Below, piece by piece: positions 13,801-27,853 of a stretch of DNA of 64,000 bases. The notes under the pieces were generated by a model that saw nothing but the letters and a program-made list of their open reading frames with translations, was not told the DNA's origin and did not search any database. The stretch spans positions 8,556,001-8,620,000 of the forward strand of contig NC_092673.1 of the NCBI RefSeq assembly GCF_964355755.1, written 5' to 3'. Each line of letters begins with the position of its first letter. Positions within the stretch are counted from its first letter, which is position 1. Origin of the DNA: Antedon mediterranea. Its lineage: Eukaryota > Animalia > Echinodermata. The translations under genes and the position numbers were made by a program.

Positions 13801-16800
13801 TATTTTTGCATTCTCTATGGTTTTCCTATTTTGTTTTAATTCACAATAATTCCGGGATGCTTATGAATGTGTTAATGCAGGAAGGTTAGTGGGATTTGTT
13901 TTTAAACGCTCTTATATCTGAATGATGACGAGTTGTCTCGGACTGTATGTATCAGAATAAAAATAAAAGGCTGCCCAGGACTGATATTATTTATGATGAA
14001 ATTACAATAAATTAAGCCTCAATCATATCAATAATATTGATAATTGCCGAACGGTCTGAAAATACTTACCATTCCAGATGCAATTTGTCTGGCTAAACTA
14101 TACAGTTCTACAATTCCAACATTGTACGTTGTGTCAGTGAATTCACCTTCTTTTATCATCTATTCAAAAATCAAAGAAAACAAAACCAGTTATTGCAATT
14201 TATTATTTAAAAAGGTTGAAACACATGAAAGTCAAAGAAGGCCTAATAAACAAAATGCGTGGAGTGACTATACCGAATTACGGTATGTAAAGCTACAACT
14301 TGGGTAAGGGAAAAGAAAGTTACCGCAATTTCGCGTGGGTTTTTATTCGCAGAGTTGAATTCTAATAAACGCTCGAATAAAAAGGCACACAAAAATACAA
14401 CCATAATAACTTATATGAGAAGATACAGATACCTTCTGTTATATATTTTAACTGCAAGTATGTGTATAGTGATGGTTTATTCGTATTTTTGTTTGTTCAA
14501 GGCTGTACACCCCACTCTGCGCACTGTACCTGTTCTGAGTCAAGTGGCGCAAGATTTTAGTAATTTTGTTTACATATTTTGTTTTAGTGTTCGATGGTAG
14601 AACAGTCTTATAGTCAGTCTTACCTTACATTACCCATATGTACACATACCTGCTCTGAGGCTCGTAAGAAGTGAAGCATGCTTCCGTATTTCATGTATTC
14701 AGTAATAATTAAAAGAGGGTCATAAGTTGTCCTACATTTTAATATACTGAGAACATTTTGATGATTTCCAAGTTGGATCATTAAGTCAATTTCATTTTTG
14801 AAGTCTTCCTTCTCACCAGCCGATGAAATATCTAAATAATAAGAATATAAAATAATATAGCGCTCAGAAACTGAGCGAAGTAATAAGAAATACAGAGACC
14901 GACAGCGGCGTGCTATTTATTTTGTCAGCCCATATTGAAGATACAATCTCGAGATTTTAGATTTGTATCAATGTATTGGTAAGCCTATTATTATATTAGG
15001 AGCAACATTCATTTTCGGTTGATTGTACATGCATGCATACAAATATATAATATATATATAAATCCAAAGGCAAATTACGGAAAAAAATTACAATGCTGTG
15101 GGCATCAGTGGCTGGATCTCAATGGAGATACAAAAAAAAGCGAAAAGCTAAATCAAAACGATAAAGGAAAACAGCCAGAAAAGTTAGCAGAGCTTTCGGG
15201 CAACACTAGCCCTTCATCAGTGCAAGTGAAGGAATCTAGATAACGTCATAGTATAAGAACTGACAAGTGCTGCCAGGGTGCCAAGACAGGAATACAAGAA
15301 ACACAACAAAAGGAGACAGGGTGGAGTCTGAATAAGAGTAGAAAACAAAGAAGATATCGTAATATAATATATATATATATATATCGTTTCAATTTAATTA
15401 AATTAAATTTCAGTATATTACTGGGCGGTTTAGAATTACTGTTCTTTGCCTGATTTGTTTATATATATAATAGTAATATATAGTAGGCCTACTTGCAAGC
15501 AACTTGCCAAGTAAAAATAAACATAAGTAATAGTTAGAGACCTAACATTATAACAGATAATTAACATTATATTTAAAATATCAAAATCTAGAAATATTAT
15601 CTTTATGTTAGTGATAATTGATTAGAATGGATGACTACGCACCTAGTGGCGTCTTTACGGCGACTTCAATATCAGCCTGTCTTGCTACACCCTTTAAAGT
15701 ACATGAGAACACTTTCCCAAATCGACCTCCGCCGATCAAGACACGATTATCCCAATCAAGATGTTCATTATCTTTTAACTCATGACCTTTGAACTTAATA
15801 TCCGGTTCAATTCGTGGAATTAGCATCTCTATATCTCTAGCTGTTAAAAAATATAGTTTAAGTACAGTAACAGAACCCGCATTCCTTAAACCAAAGCGCT
15901 TTAATCGTCATTAAACAACATTACTTTAACTTTAGTTTAAATGCAATATCAAACGTTTGCACATTTGAATGATAAGCCGATGACTTTATATTAGAAAACA
16001 TATAAATATGAAAGGAAATTGAAAAAATACCTGGTGTCATCTTTGCAGTATGGGGTCTATTTCTACACCGTACGGCAGCAAAAATTAACAAAATAGCTAA
16101 ACAGACAGAGGGAATCAGTATTCCGACCAATAGAGTAGGATCAGTGCTTGACTGCTGCTGCTGTGGAGTTGTATTATATAAACTGCCAACAGTTGTTGTT
16201 AGAGGAGCTGTCGATTTAGAAATAATAATTATCAGGTAAACTTGTGTACTAAAGAATGTTTTGACGACATAATGTTTAATATGGCAACGATGAATACAAG
16301 ATAAAAACGATATAAGAAAAATGGAGGGATGGTAATCAATGATAATAAATCATCGATATGGTCATAAGAAAGATGATTTTTATTATTGTATAGTAGTGCC
16401 TTTGTAGTAATAGTTATAAATAGTAATTCGATTGTATTATAACGATAATAAAATTAATATAGTCTTTAAATAATAGGCCTACTGTAAAATGAAAAAAAAA
16501 TAGATGAAAATAGTACATAAAAACTTATTTAAAACTTAGGAACTTGTGAATTATAATAATTAATATAACAGAAACAAATCTAATATACTCAATGTTATTT
16601 TGAAATACATAATTGAAGTATTCGGTCAATTATCGTGGAAACATTGGAAAGCATTAATCAGAACAATTCATACGAATGTTTAGAATACGGTACCTTCTTC
16701 ACATAGTGTGCCAGAGTAGCCTGATGGACATTCACAAGTGAAACTTGACCACCCATCAAAACAAATACCACCGGACATGCAAGGGTTACTAGAGCACTCA

Positions 16801-19800
16801 TCTACACCTAGATATAGTACAGTATTGATAATAATTAGACCATTTTGCACCGCACAACTATTTTTGCTTTGCAAATTTGACAGCGATGCGTATTTCTATA
16901 TCTGTTGATTATAATTTTGGCTTCATGTCATGTAATATGACCACATATATATTGAATAAATCTCTACGAGATACAATTTTCACTTCAAGGCAAATTAATA
17001 TATTGTGCTTTTACTTAAAAGAAAGAAGTGAGCTATCCGACGATGGGTGTTCACTCATATCTCTTCAAAATGATACCACAAGTATATAAATCGAATTAAA
17101 ATACTTGCAAAGTTGTGTCAATTAGTGGCCCCATCCCTTCCCTCTCGTCGACGCATTTTACATTTATAAACCCGTCTCTCTGAAAAACATACTATGAATA
17201 AATATACTCTGGAATCGAACATTTGAATCATAGAAAACCACAGAGTCTTGTTCCATCTCTCCATCAACTGATGCTCTTAAAATGCGTGTATCCTCTAACC
17301 AGTAAAGATAAGGTCCATAAATGGCAAAATCATTAATGTCTGTTAACTCTATTATTATTGGTAATGGAAACTTGTTGGAATCAGGGTCGAGTGGCACGTA
17401 TACAATTCGATTAAAACCTTCGTCGATCCAATACAATCTACGATCTAAAAGAGAATCACCAGCGATTAGTCTCATCAGGAACGAGTATCTCATTGAGTGT
17501 TTAGCATAGAAGATACAAGATACAGAAACTGCATTTGTCTTCGTAAATATACACATTGGTAGTTAACATCGATTTAGATTTAAAAAGGTGTGCAGGCTTA
17601 TAACAATTATTATTGTTTTATTAAAAAATATTTAGGCAGGATAACATAATTCAGAAACGAAAGAAAGATCACAACATTTCTGTTTTTCAATATGGTCCTG
17701 CAATGAAAGAACTATAAAAAAATAAATAAATAGAAAAATATAACAATCAGTAAATATAGAACGTTAATAATAATACGTGGGAAATACAATTATTTTTTTA
17801 AGAAATGCTTTTCATAATTAATTTTAAAACTATTTACAGACAAACTTTCTTGAATTTTTACAGGGATCTTATTCCAAGCTTTTGCTCCTGCAATCTTTAG
17901 CGATCCGTTCATTTAATAAGCAATTTGGCATAGGTGGTATAACATTCAGAGACTGGGAATATCTCGTAGAGTATCCCTGTTGGTCGTAAACCATTTCAAT
18001 AGCGTTGCACAGACAGGGAGGAGGTGCAATACCATGTATACATTTGTACATAATACAAGCTAGAGCGTAGTCTCTATACGTTCATCTAGCAATTTCCATT
18101 TATTTTGTTTAATAGAATCATTTTTCTGAGACGTAGTTCCCCACAGAGATAGCATAGTCCATATATGGATGAAATACGCTGGTATATAGCATATTTAAAA
18201 GAGATTCACAAAGCGTTTCAGACAACTTATTTAGAATGTTAATTTTCTATCCTATAGTTTTATTTAATTGCCGAATACGATCATTCCAATTCAGATTCTC
18301 ATCAATTTGAAGTCCAAGATACCGGATATTTACCTACATGAATATTCAGAGAAGACTGAGGGTGAACATTACAATTTCTAATTAACATACGTTTAGTTTT
18401 ACCAGAATTTACTCGTAATTTATTAAGATTATACCAATTTCCAACATTATGCATAATTGTTTGCAGTTTGATGTTGATATTTTCCACTCATTTCCAGTAG
18501 AGTAGATAACAACATCATCAGCAAAAATACTACATGATCTTGGGTATACATACAAGATCATTTATAAATACTACATGATCCTGGGTATACATACAAGATC
18601 ATTTATAAATACTACATGATCCTGGGTATACATACAAGATCATTTATAAATACTACATGATCCTGGGTATACATACAAGATCATTTATAAATACTACATG
18701 ATCCTGGGTATACATACAAGATCATTTATAAATACTACATGATCCTGGGTATACATACAAGATCATTTATAAATACTACATGATCCTGGGTATACATACA
18801 AGATCATTTATAAATACTACATGATCCTGGGTATACATACAAGATCATTTATAAATACTACATGATCGTGGGTATACATACAAGATCATTTATAAATACT
18901 ACATGATCCTGGGTATACATACAAGATCATTTATAAATACTACATAATCCTGGGTATACATACAAGATCATTTATAAATACTACATGATCCTGGGTATAC
19001 ATACAAGATCATTTATAAATACTACATGATCCTGGGTATACATACAAGATCATTTATAAATACTACATGATCCTGGGTATACATACAAGATCATTTATAA
19101 ATACTACATGATCCTGGGTATACATACAAGATCATTTATAAATACTACATGATCCTGGGTATACATACAAGATCATTTATAAATACGACATGATCCTGGG
19201 TATACATACAAGATCATTTATAAATAGAAGAAATGAAATTGGTCCTAAAACACTACCTTGTGGTATTTCAACTTTGACTTTTGTTTTTTTAGATAATTAT
19301 TATAACAATTAACTATTTGTTTACGCTGGGAAAGATAACTTTTGAACCATTTAATTTCATTACCTTTTAGCCCCATAATTCTCCAATTTAGTAAGTAGAA
19401 TTGTGTGATAAATGGATTCGAAGCATTTAGATATATCGAGAAAACAGGCTCCAATCAATTCACGGTCATTTAAATTTTACATCCATTCATCCACAACACG
19501 ATGGAGGCAAGTAACAGTGGAGTGGAGTGGTTCTTTTTGAACACATATTGATCCACGCTTATGAAATCATTTTCATTTAAATAATTAACTAATTGATTTT
19601 GTATTACTCTTTCAACAATTCTCGAAATATGGCATACCACAGATATCGGACTATAGGTACTCGTAGTTAAACAATTCTCGAAATATGGCAAACCACAGAT
19701 ATCGGTCTATAGGTACTCGTAGTTAAACAATTCTCGAATATGGCAAACCACAGATATCGGTCTATAGGTACTCGTAGTTAAACAATTCTCGAATATGGCA

Positions 19801-22800
19801 AACCACAGATATCGGTCTATAGGTACTCGTAGTTAAACAATTCTCGAATATGGCAAACCACAGATATCGGTCTATAGGTACTCGTAGTTAAACAATTCTC
19901 GAAATATGGCAAACCACAGATATCGGTCTATAGGTACTCATAGTTAAACAATTCTCGAATATGGCAAACCACAGATATCGGTCTATAGGTAGGCCTACTC
20001 GTAGTTAAACAATTCTCGAATATGGCATACCACAGATATCGGTCTATAGGTACTCGTAGTTAAACAATTCTCGAATATGGCAAACAACAGATATCGGTCT
20101 ATAGGTACTCGTAGTTAAACAATTCTCGAATATGGCAAACCACAGATATCGGTCTATAGGTACTCGTAGTTAAACAATTCTCGAATATGGCAAACCACAG
20201 ATATCGGTCTATAGGTACTCATAGTTAAACAATTCTCGAATATGGCAAACCACAGATATCGGTCTATAGGTACTCGTAGTTAAACAATTCTGGAATATGG
20301 CAAACCACAGATATCGGTCTATAGGTACTCATAGTTAAACAATTCTCGAAATATGGCAAACCACAGATATCGGTCTATAGGTACTCATAGTTAAACAATT
20401 CTCGAATATGGCATACCACAGATATCGGTCTATAGGTACTCGTAGTTTGCTTACATCCCTTTCCTTTATATAGGTGTTGTAAACGGGTTCTAAATTTTGT
20501 AGATTTTTCTTTATATTTCTTACTTTTTGAAACAAATAAAATTGTATACAAACGGTACGTAATCTTACCAACAGTGTCTACTGTTAGGGATTTTGAGGTT
20601 TCTATTCCTCCTTTAACGAAGTCTTGACGATCTTCACCATTTAGTTGTGCTCTTTCGATTTTTGTGTCAGCGGCTGTATCAATCCAATAAATGAACCTTG
20701 ATATAGACATGTATATACAATTACAGAACAGTAAACATCAACCAATTCTTAAAATATTGTTTTATGAAATATTTTTCAAAACGCATAAAGCCACTAATCG
20801 TTAAAAACAATTCTAAAACGTAAACACCATCAAAATCTTTTAAAATCAATGCAATTTTTATCAATAAGAAATATAGGGACGCACTGGCAAGGCTCTGTGT
20901 ATCATGAATTTCTTTCTTTCGGGAAAAAAATTAAATATACTATGTGGCATACTAAACCGATTTTCTTCAAATTTGGTCAGTAGGACTAGAACCAACCTAG
21001 TTGGGTTCAAAATAATACATCATCCTGATTTTTAACCATAAATAAACATATGACGATGTATGCACTATGCCAATGCACGTGTGTGTACGACAATTATTTT
21101 CTGAAAGAATTGGTTTTTTATTCATTTTTAGATTGGCTTATGACTCTTGTGTAACTTTTGAACACAACTTGCAACACTTCATAAATGTTCCTATACTGGC
21201 AACATTGGGAGAAAATCTGTCCAGTAATTTGTTACACTATTATCATTGTTAAATATTGACGGGGAAACAGACAGAATGATGCAGATACAGAACCCAGTCA
21301 GTGCACAAAATAATTTCTTTAAGGGTAAGTATTGGTAACACGTCAACCTGTAGGATCTTATGATTTGAGACATTCTTGTTACGTGTTAACACAAATAAAC
21401 AGCCTCAATTTAAATTTAAAACCTAAAAAACATATTGGATTAAAAATTGTGTTGATTTTTATGGTTTTTTTTGTTGTTGTTGAATTTACGTTTTAAGTTG
21501 CTTTGATTTTGATTTTTAATTTACAATCTGTCAATTATAGTCATAATGTACGGTAGTTAAAGTAAACCTACCCGGCAGAAATATCAAGTGCTAATGATGT
21601 AGGGTATTCTAGTGTGCTGTTAACTAGAACCATTCGTCCAGTACCATTAAAGTTGATGACTTCAATTCGATCTGACAATCCATTACTCGTCCAGTATAGA
21701 TGCCTGTTTACAATATCTAGTGTCATATCTACTGGAGCTAGAATAGACAATGTGTTCAGTGTTTACCAAAACTAGATGCATCTTATTCTAAACAATACAT
21801 TTCACATTTTTCGTTTTAGAAAATATTACTAGTCGCCTGCAAACGCGACTCTACAGCTCACTATGTCAGTCGATCGGTCGGTCGGTCGGTAAACACTAAC
21901 TCAAATTTGTGCACGCGACTTTAGCCATATTGCCTTGTTTTTGTTCAATTCATGTAGATATATTACAAAGTTATGCACTTAAGTTGCTGGGTGAATATTT
22001 GTCAATAAATGGTAAATCTAAAAGAACGTTATGCCTATACTATCAAATCGAAATCGAATTATGCATTAAATATAATCAACTTAATTCTTTCGAAAACTTA
22101 CCATTTCCTTTAGTAATGGTAACGACATGTTCAAAATTTGATCCATCAAGATTAACTCGGTTGATTTCATTCTTTCGCGTATCTGCCCAATATATACGTT
22201 CATCTATTGGGTCGTACTGTACACTAACCGGGCTTTCTGGGGTAGGTTCAATGGGTATCTTTTTCAAATTCAACGTATTGTTTTCTAACTTTCCCTCAGA
22301 TATACTTATTTCTGAATTAAAAGTGTCAGTGACGAGCATAAAATCACCTAGAAAAAAATAGATGTTTGTTCTTTCATTACAGGGTATATCAACACTATAA
22401 GAATAATCATGCGTAGAACTTTGGAATCATTCAATAAAATGTATCTATGTAATAATTATGACAATCTTTCTTCCTTATTTGTGACGTTCTTATTGGTTGA
22501 TTTCCGTTTATTATTTTGTTTTGTTTCATTCAACGATTAACGCGTAATGTATTGCTATGCCACACAAATAACGCGACTGAAAGTCATTCTATAAAAAGAA
22601 CCAAGAATCAAGATTAATAGTTCACTGTTAGGATGGAAGGTCTTCTATACAAATCATGTATGTATTTTATAATGTGTTATAAAACAATAATGAATGTATG
22701 GTATTTTAAATAAAATGTTTTCACCTCATTAAATTAAAAAACATCCATTGTTTGCATTGCTCCTATTGAATCACATTAGTCTGATATAAACTCACCTTTG

Positions 22801-25800
22801 TTGCATTGTTTCCCTCTATACCCCAGTCTACAAAGACATTTGTAGTCTGATATTCCATTGACACATGTTGCGCCATTCTCACAAGGATCGCTTCTGCAAG
22901 CGTCCATTTCTATAAAAAAAAAAAAAGGAATTAAATCAAACGTGTGTAGTCTTCCATTACACTTTTGAAGGATGCGGTCTGATTTGCAACTTGTCTCACT
23001 TTCTTATCTTGTCTCTTATCTAAGCAATATAACTAGTCCTAAATAATTATGGAAATAATATAATACTTCATGAGCCACGTGTACCTATCAAGTACATATT
23101 TCTAGAGTGTTTACTGTTTCTCAATATGCAATCTGTTCGAAGGGTCGCATGGTGATAACAATTAACTAGCTCATACTATTTTCGTCTTCGTGACGAATTA
23201 ACGATGTGAATATCTCCAATACACACAAAGTCGATGCGCGAGTACACATTTGCCATTTTACAAAATGTTTAACACATTTAAAAATGCATGTTAAACCGAC
23301 AATAATAAATGTCTATTACTTTTAAATATATCCACACTTTCAGCTTGTGAAAATAATGAATTACTGATCGGTTCTATATCGTTTCCAGTCTTCTTATTGG
23401 CCCTCACAAGCTCGGGTCTTCCTTCCTGAACCCAATACACATCCGGACCAAAGATCTTAACATCTACTGGATACCTTGCATTGTCGAAGTTTGTTGTGAC
23501 CACATCGCGTCGGTTAATACCATTTGCAGCAGATGATTCTATTTTACCGTCACACCAATAAAGCTGGTTTTCTTTAAAAGTTAAATACACATTTCTTTAG
23601 GTTTAGATTTATCTCTTAGGCCGTATTCATACTATTGAGGTGAAAAAGCGGCTACAATAAACTTCTAAATCATATTTAAATTAATCTAAATGTCAGAAGT
23701 CCTATACAAAATACAGTATCCACATAGTCTATTAATGTCATTTTGAATGAATAGTAGATAAAATAATTTACCATTTTTGTCAATTGTGATAGATATAGGG
23801 TTAGAAAGTTCGTTTTCTATTAATATTTCTACACCACCACCATCCGATAAGCGAGATCTTCCAATCTTCGATTTTTTAAAACCCACAATATCGGTCCAGT
23901 AAATATAACTAAAAAGAACAAAAATTTAGACAATTATATCAATACTGTAATTGTTGACTTTAGTGTGGATCTGATACACGTTTATACAAGTTACTGTAAC
24001 ATTACGGTATCAGAATAGTACATTAATGATAGCAATTGGAGTACAGTATTATGTAAAGTATTATGTTGCAGTTTAACAGGAGTTAGCATTCAGAGAAAGT
24101 ATATTGGTGGTAGAACAGTAACAATACTAATAGCACTATAGTACTGTTGTAATAACATTGACAATAGTGCAATGGAAGTCAAAATAACAGTGTACTGAGT
24201 AACAGTGGCAATAACAGTGGTAATGACAATATAAATCCTTAGTAATATTAAAGATGTATTGTCCCCCAAAAACACGAAAAATGAAGATTAATTTAAAAAA
24301 GACTTTGAATAAGCAATTTCGCATTTCAATGTTTTCTCTTATAAAAAGACAAAATAAACCGTTAAATTCAACCAAAACCCAATGAATTCCAGTCAATTTG
24401 AATTTTTTCAGATAAATAATCTTTTTTTTATCAAATTTTTTGTCAAAGTGAAGAACTATTATGTTATTTTACTTAAAATGGCATATTAAACAACAAATAT
24501 TAAATACAAAAATATTTTTTCAGGGTGGGGTGGGGGGGGGGGGGAAATATATCTTTAAGGGTAATGTGATATGTAAAATGTTGTGAAACAATTACTTGTT
24601 TTCTTCATCGATAGCTATTCCAGAAGGTTTTTTCATAACATCTACTAGCGTATAATTTATCAAAGAAGTCAAGTTGACGACTTTGATACAATTACATGTT
24701 AGGTCTGACCAGTACATATTGCCATTCTTCTCTTCAATAACAAATCTAGATAATGCTGTGAGAAAATAAAATAAACTACAATGAATAATACAATTTAATC
24801 CATTTCTAATTTTTAGGAAGACAGTAACACATGGAAAGAATATATATGACCACATAACGAAACGCATAAAAAGAGGCATGTTTTCATATCTCGTTACATG
24901 TTTGTTTAACAAGGCCATATACATGGCTTCAGTCGCGTGCTCAAATTTGAGTTAGTGTTTACCGACCAAAAAACCGACCAACCAACCAATCATCCGACCA
25001 ACCGACCGACATAGTGAGCTGTAGAGTAGAGTAAAAATACTACAGTGGATGCTGCAATTTGCTTTAAAGGAGAAGGTGTTAATAGATGAAAAAGGAAATC
25101 TGACAAATTATCAGAAGAGGTGGCAAGAGGAGAAAACCAAGGGATGAAAAGAGAAAGCCCTACATGGAGATTCTAGATGATATTATTATTAAAGAAATGT
25201 TGTAAAACAGAAATCGAGAAAAGAGTGCATACTAATGTTTAACGCGCAGTGCGCGTGCAAAAATCTGCGCACTCATGGCAATTTTTTAAACGCTTAAAAT
25301 TGCCTGAAACCTACTCTAATTTCATCAAAAATAAATGTTGACAATTTTAAGTGCGCGTACGAATGCGTTATATGCGCTACGCACGTAATTGTATTGCCAT
25401 ATGATGAAATATGACATGAAATTTATGAGTACCAAATTGTATTTAATTGTGATTCATGCTTGTGAAGACATGATTACAAACGTGATTTCGTTAAATCGTG
25501 CGTAGACCACGTAGTTTTTGATTACGCACCGTAAAAACATAACCACATCGATTCCTGGCCATAAGGAATATACTGTAAAAAATTGACTTAGCTGAAACTT
25601 ATATCAAGACAAGGCCATATACAAGTTAGTGTTTACCGACCGACCGACCAACCGACCTACCGACCGACATAATGAGCTGTGGAGTCGCGTTGCACGCGAC
25701 TAAAAACGCACACCAAAGAATTATAAAGGGATTATGATCAGAAGCATGACAACCAACATTAGAAGGCAGGTACAATGCAAAAGATTGTAGGATACAGTTC

Positions 25801-27781
25801 AATCCCTATCTCTAATGCAATTCCTGGATCCGCCACTGATAATCGGATCAAACAACAATAAACGTTCCAATTTGTTGAGCAATCAAAATAAATGGAATAC
25901 TCGTAAACTAATTCTAACTTGATCCGTTGTTGATCATGTTAAGTAGCAATCATTTTACAAATTTAAAAGAAAATTACATAAATGGCTCATTTCGGATAAT
26001 GTTCGATATGATTTGTTATCTGATTTGTTACAATGTTTATCCTCCGTGCATTAATGTATTACATTACCATATAACACAACTAAATTAATAATGTAGGCCA
26101 CTATGTAATTTCGTGTCTTTTTTTTGTTAAAAGCAAAATTTCGGATGTAAAGTAATGAAAAAAATATGTTGCCATTTTTTTAAAAAGGCTTAAGGGTGTT
26201 AAATCCAAGATCGCCGCCAATACGTAAAATATCCAATAAATGTACCATATTGGACAAAGTAACACCCATTATGAATAATATTTTAAGTTAAAATGGGTTC
26301 TCTGCTATATAAGAATTATTATAAACCTATATTCATTAGTATTCTATGATTTTGCATTTCAAAATGGCCGCCATTTTTTAAAAATGGATTAAATTTCTTA
26401 TTAAAACATGTGCAAGTTATGACGTTGATTGAAATCACTTAAAATGATAGGCCTATGACAACAACATTGGTGATTAATACAAAATGGCGGCCATTTTGAA
26501 TTTCAAAATGGCGGCCATTTAAAAAAAATAGGTTAGATTTCTTATTAAAACGTGTGTAAGTTAAATAAAATTAGATTGAAATACACAAAATGATATGCTT
26601 ATGACAACAACATGGTGATTAACACAAAATGTTGACCATCAGGAGGTCTACAGTACTGGCAGTACACTTCTTCATATTAAAACATCTCATAAACTTCTTC
26701 AGTTAAATGAAAACTAACTCTGCCAAAGTCCTTCAATGAAATATTTCAAATCTTGAATATGATACAGTAAGTTGACCTTTCTTCGTTTTCTACTACTGTA
26801 TCCATCAAACCTCCACAGACTGATCTGCGATCCCAACAAGCTTGTTGAGAAACTAATTGGCAAAAGTACTGCAATACCTCATTTTACCGCCAAATAATCT
26901 CTATAGGAGTCCTCTTTTACTTTGATAAGTTTGTCACCTGTATTCACCGTCATATATATTTTTTGCCAATATTCGTCTTTTTCTAAGGATCCCATATAGA
27001 CAATTTGCCTTCTACAAGACTTTTAGTTTTACCAATGCCTCAAACATTTTCTGTCCAATTTCATCATGTCATGCCCCACAAACACCTTTGTGCGAATTGC
27101 AGCATTCTTCAATAATCGGGATATCATCTCTCTTTAAATGTTGGCTTTCAAACTCATCAACTAGATTTGCCAGCTCTGATGAAATCATTAATTTGTGTTA
27201 TCCAATGATACCACGCTCAATGACCCTGATCAATTGATGTAAATCCAGCAAGTCCCACACATACATGTCCTGTCAAGGCCTATATCAATTTTCTGATGTT
27301 TTCAGTTAAACTTGTTTTTAACTTTATGAATGTATATATATAGTTTTTATAATAATTAATATTTAATTGAAATTTTGTTTTAATATTTCGGATTGTTTGT
27401 ACTACCTTTTTTAATGTTTTTTATATTTTTATATTTCATGTTATTTTTCTGAGTGAAACGCTTTTGTTAAACTTCCATCTTTCGACTGCAATAAAGTTCT
27501 ATTCGTATTCGTATTCGTATAAACTCCAATATCTGTAATTTGTTTCAGTAATCTGTTGAAATTGATAAAGCGGAAGTAACCGATTGTAGTTCAGGTGGTC
27601 ATAAGCGAAGAAATATTTGATGTGTACTTTCCATGGGTGCAGATATCGTTTTCTTGTGTCTCAGACATATATAGGGATATAGTTTAACCATATCATTTAG
27701 ATTTCGTCGACTCTAGCAGCCTCTTTTAAACAAAATGATACTTCATTTAGAATCTCTTTCTCTGTCTGCATTTGTAGCAAG

Positions 27782-27853
<72 letters not shown>

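Larger units (their letters stand above)
17640..20520 (-). mobile_element. Degenerate CR1/L2-group LINE RT fragment in an RTK intron, interrupted by two minisatellites
   Basis: Minus-strand remnants [78 protein letters not shown]. Confidence 0.85.

Noticed and set aside
18525-20447. Regular arrays resembling CRISPR
   Set aside because: Units are head-to-tail without unique spacers, derive from LINE RT sequence, and there are no cas genes; the context is eukaryotic.
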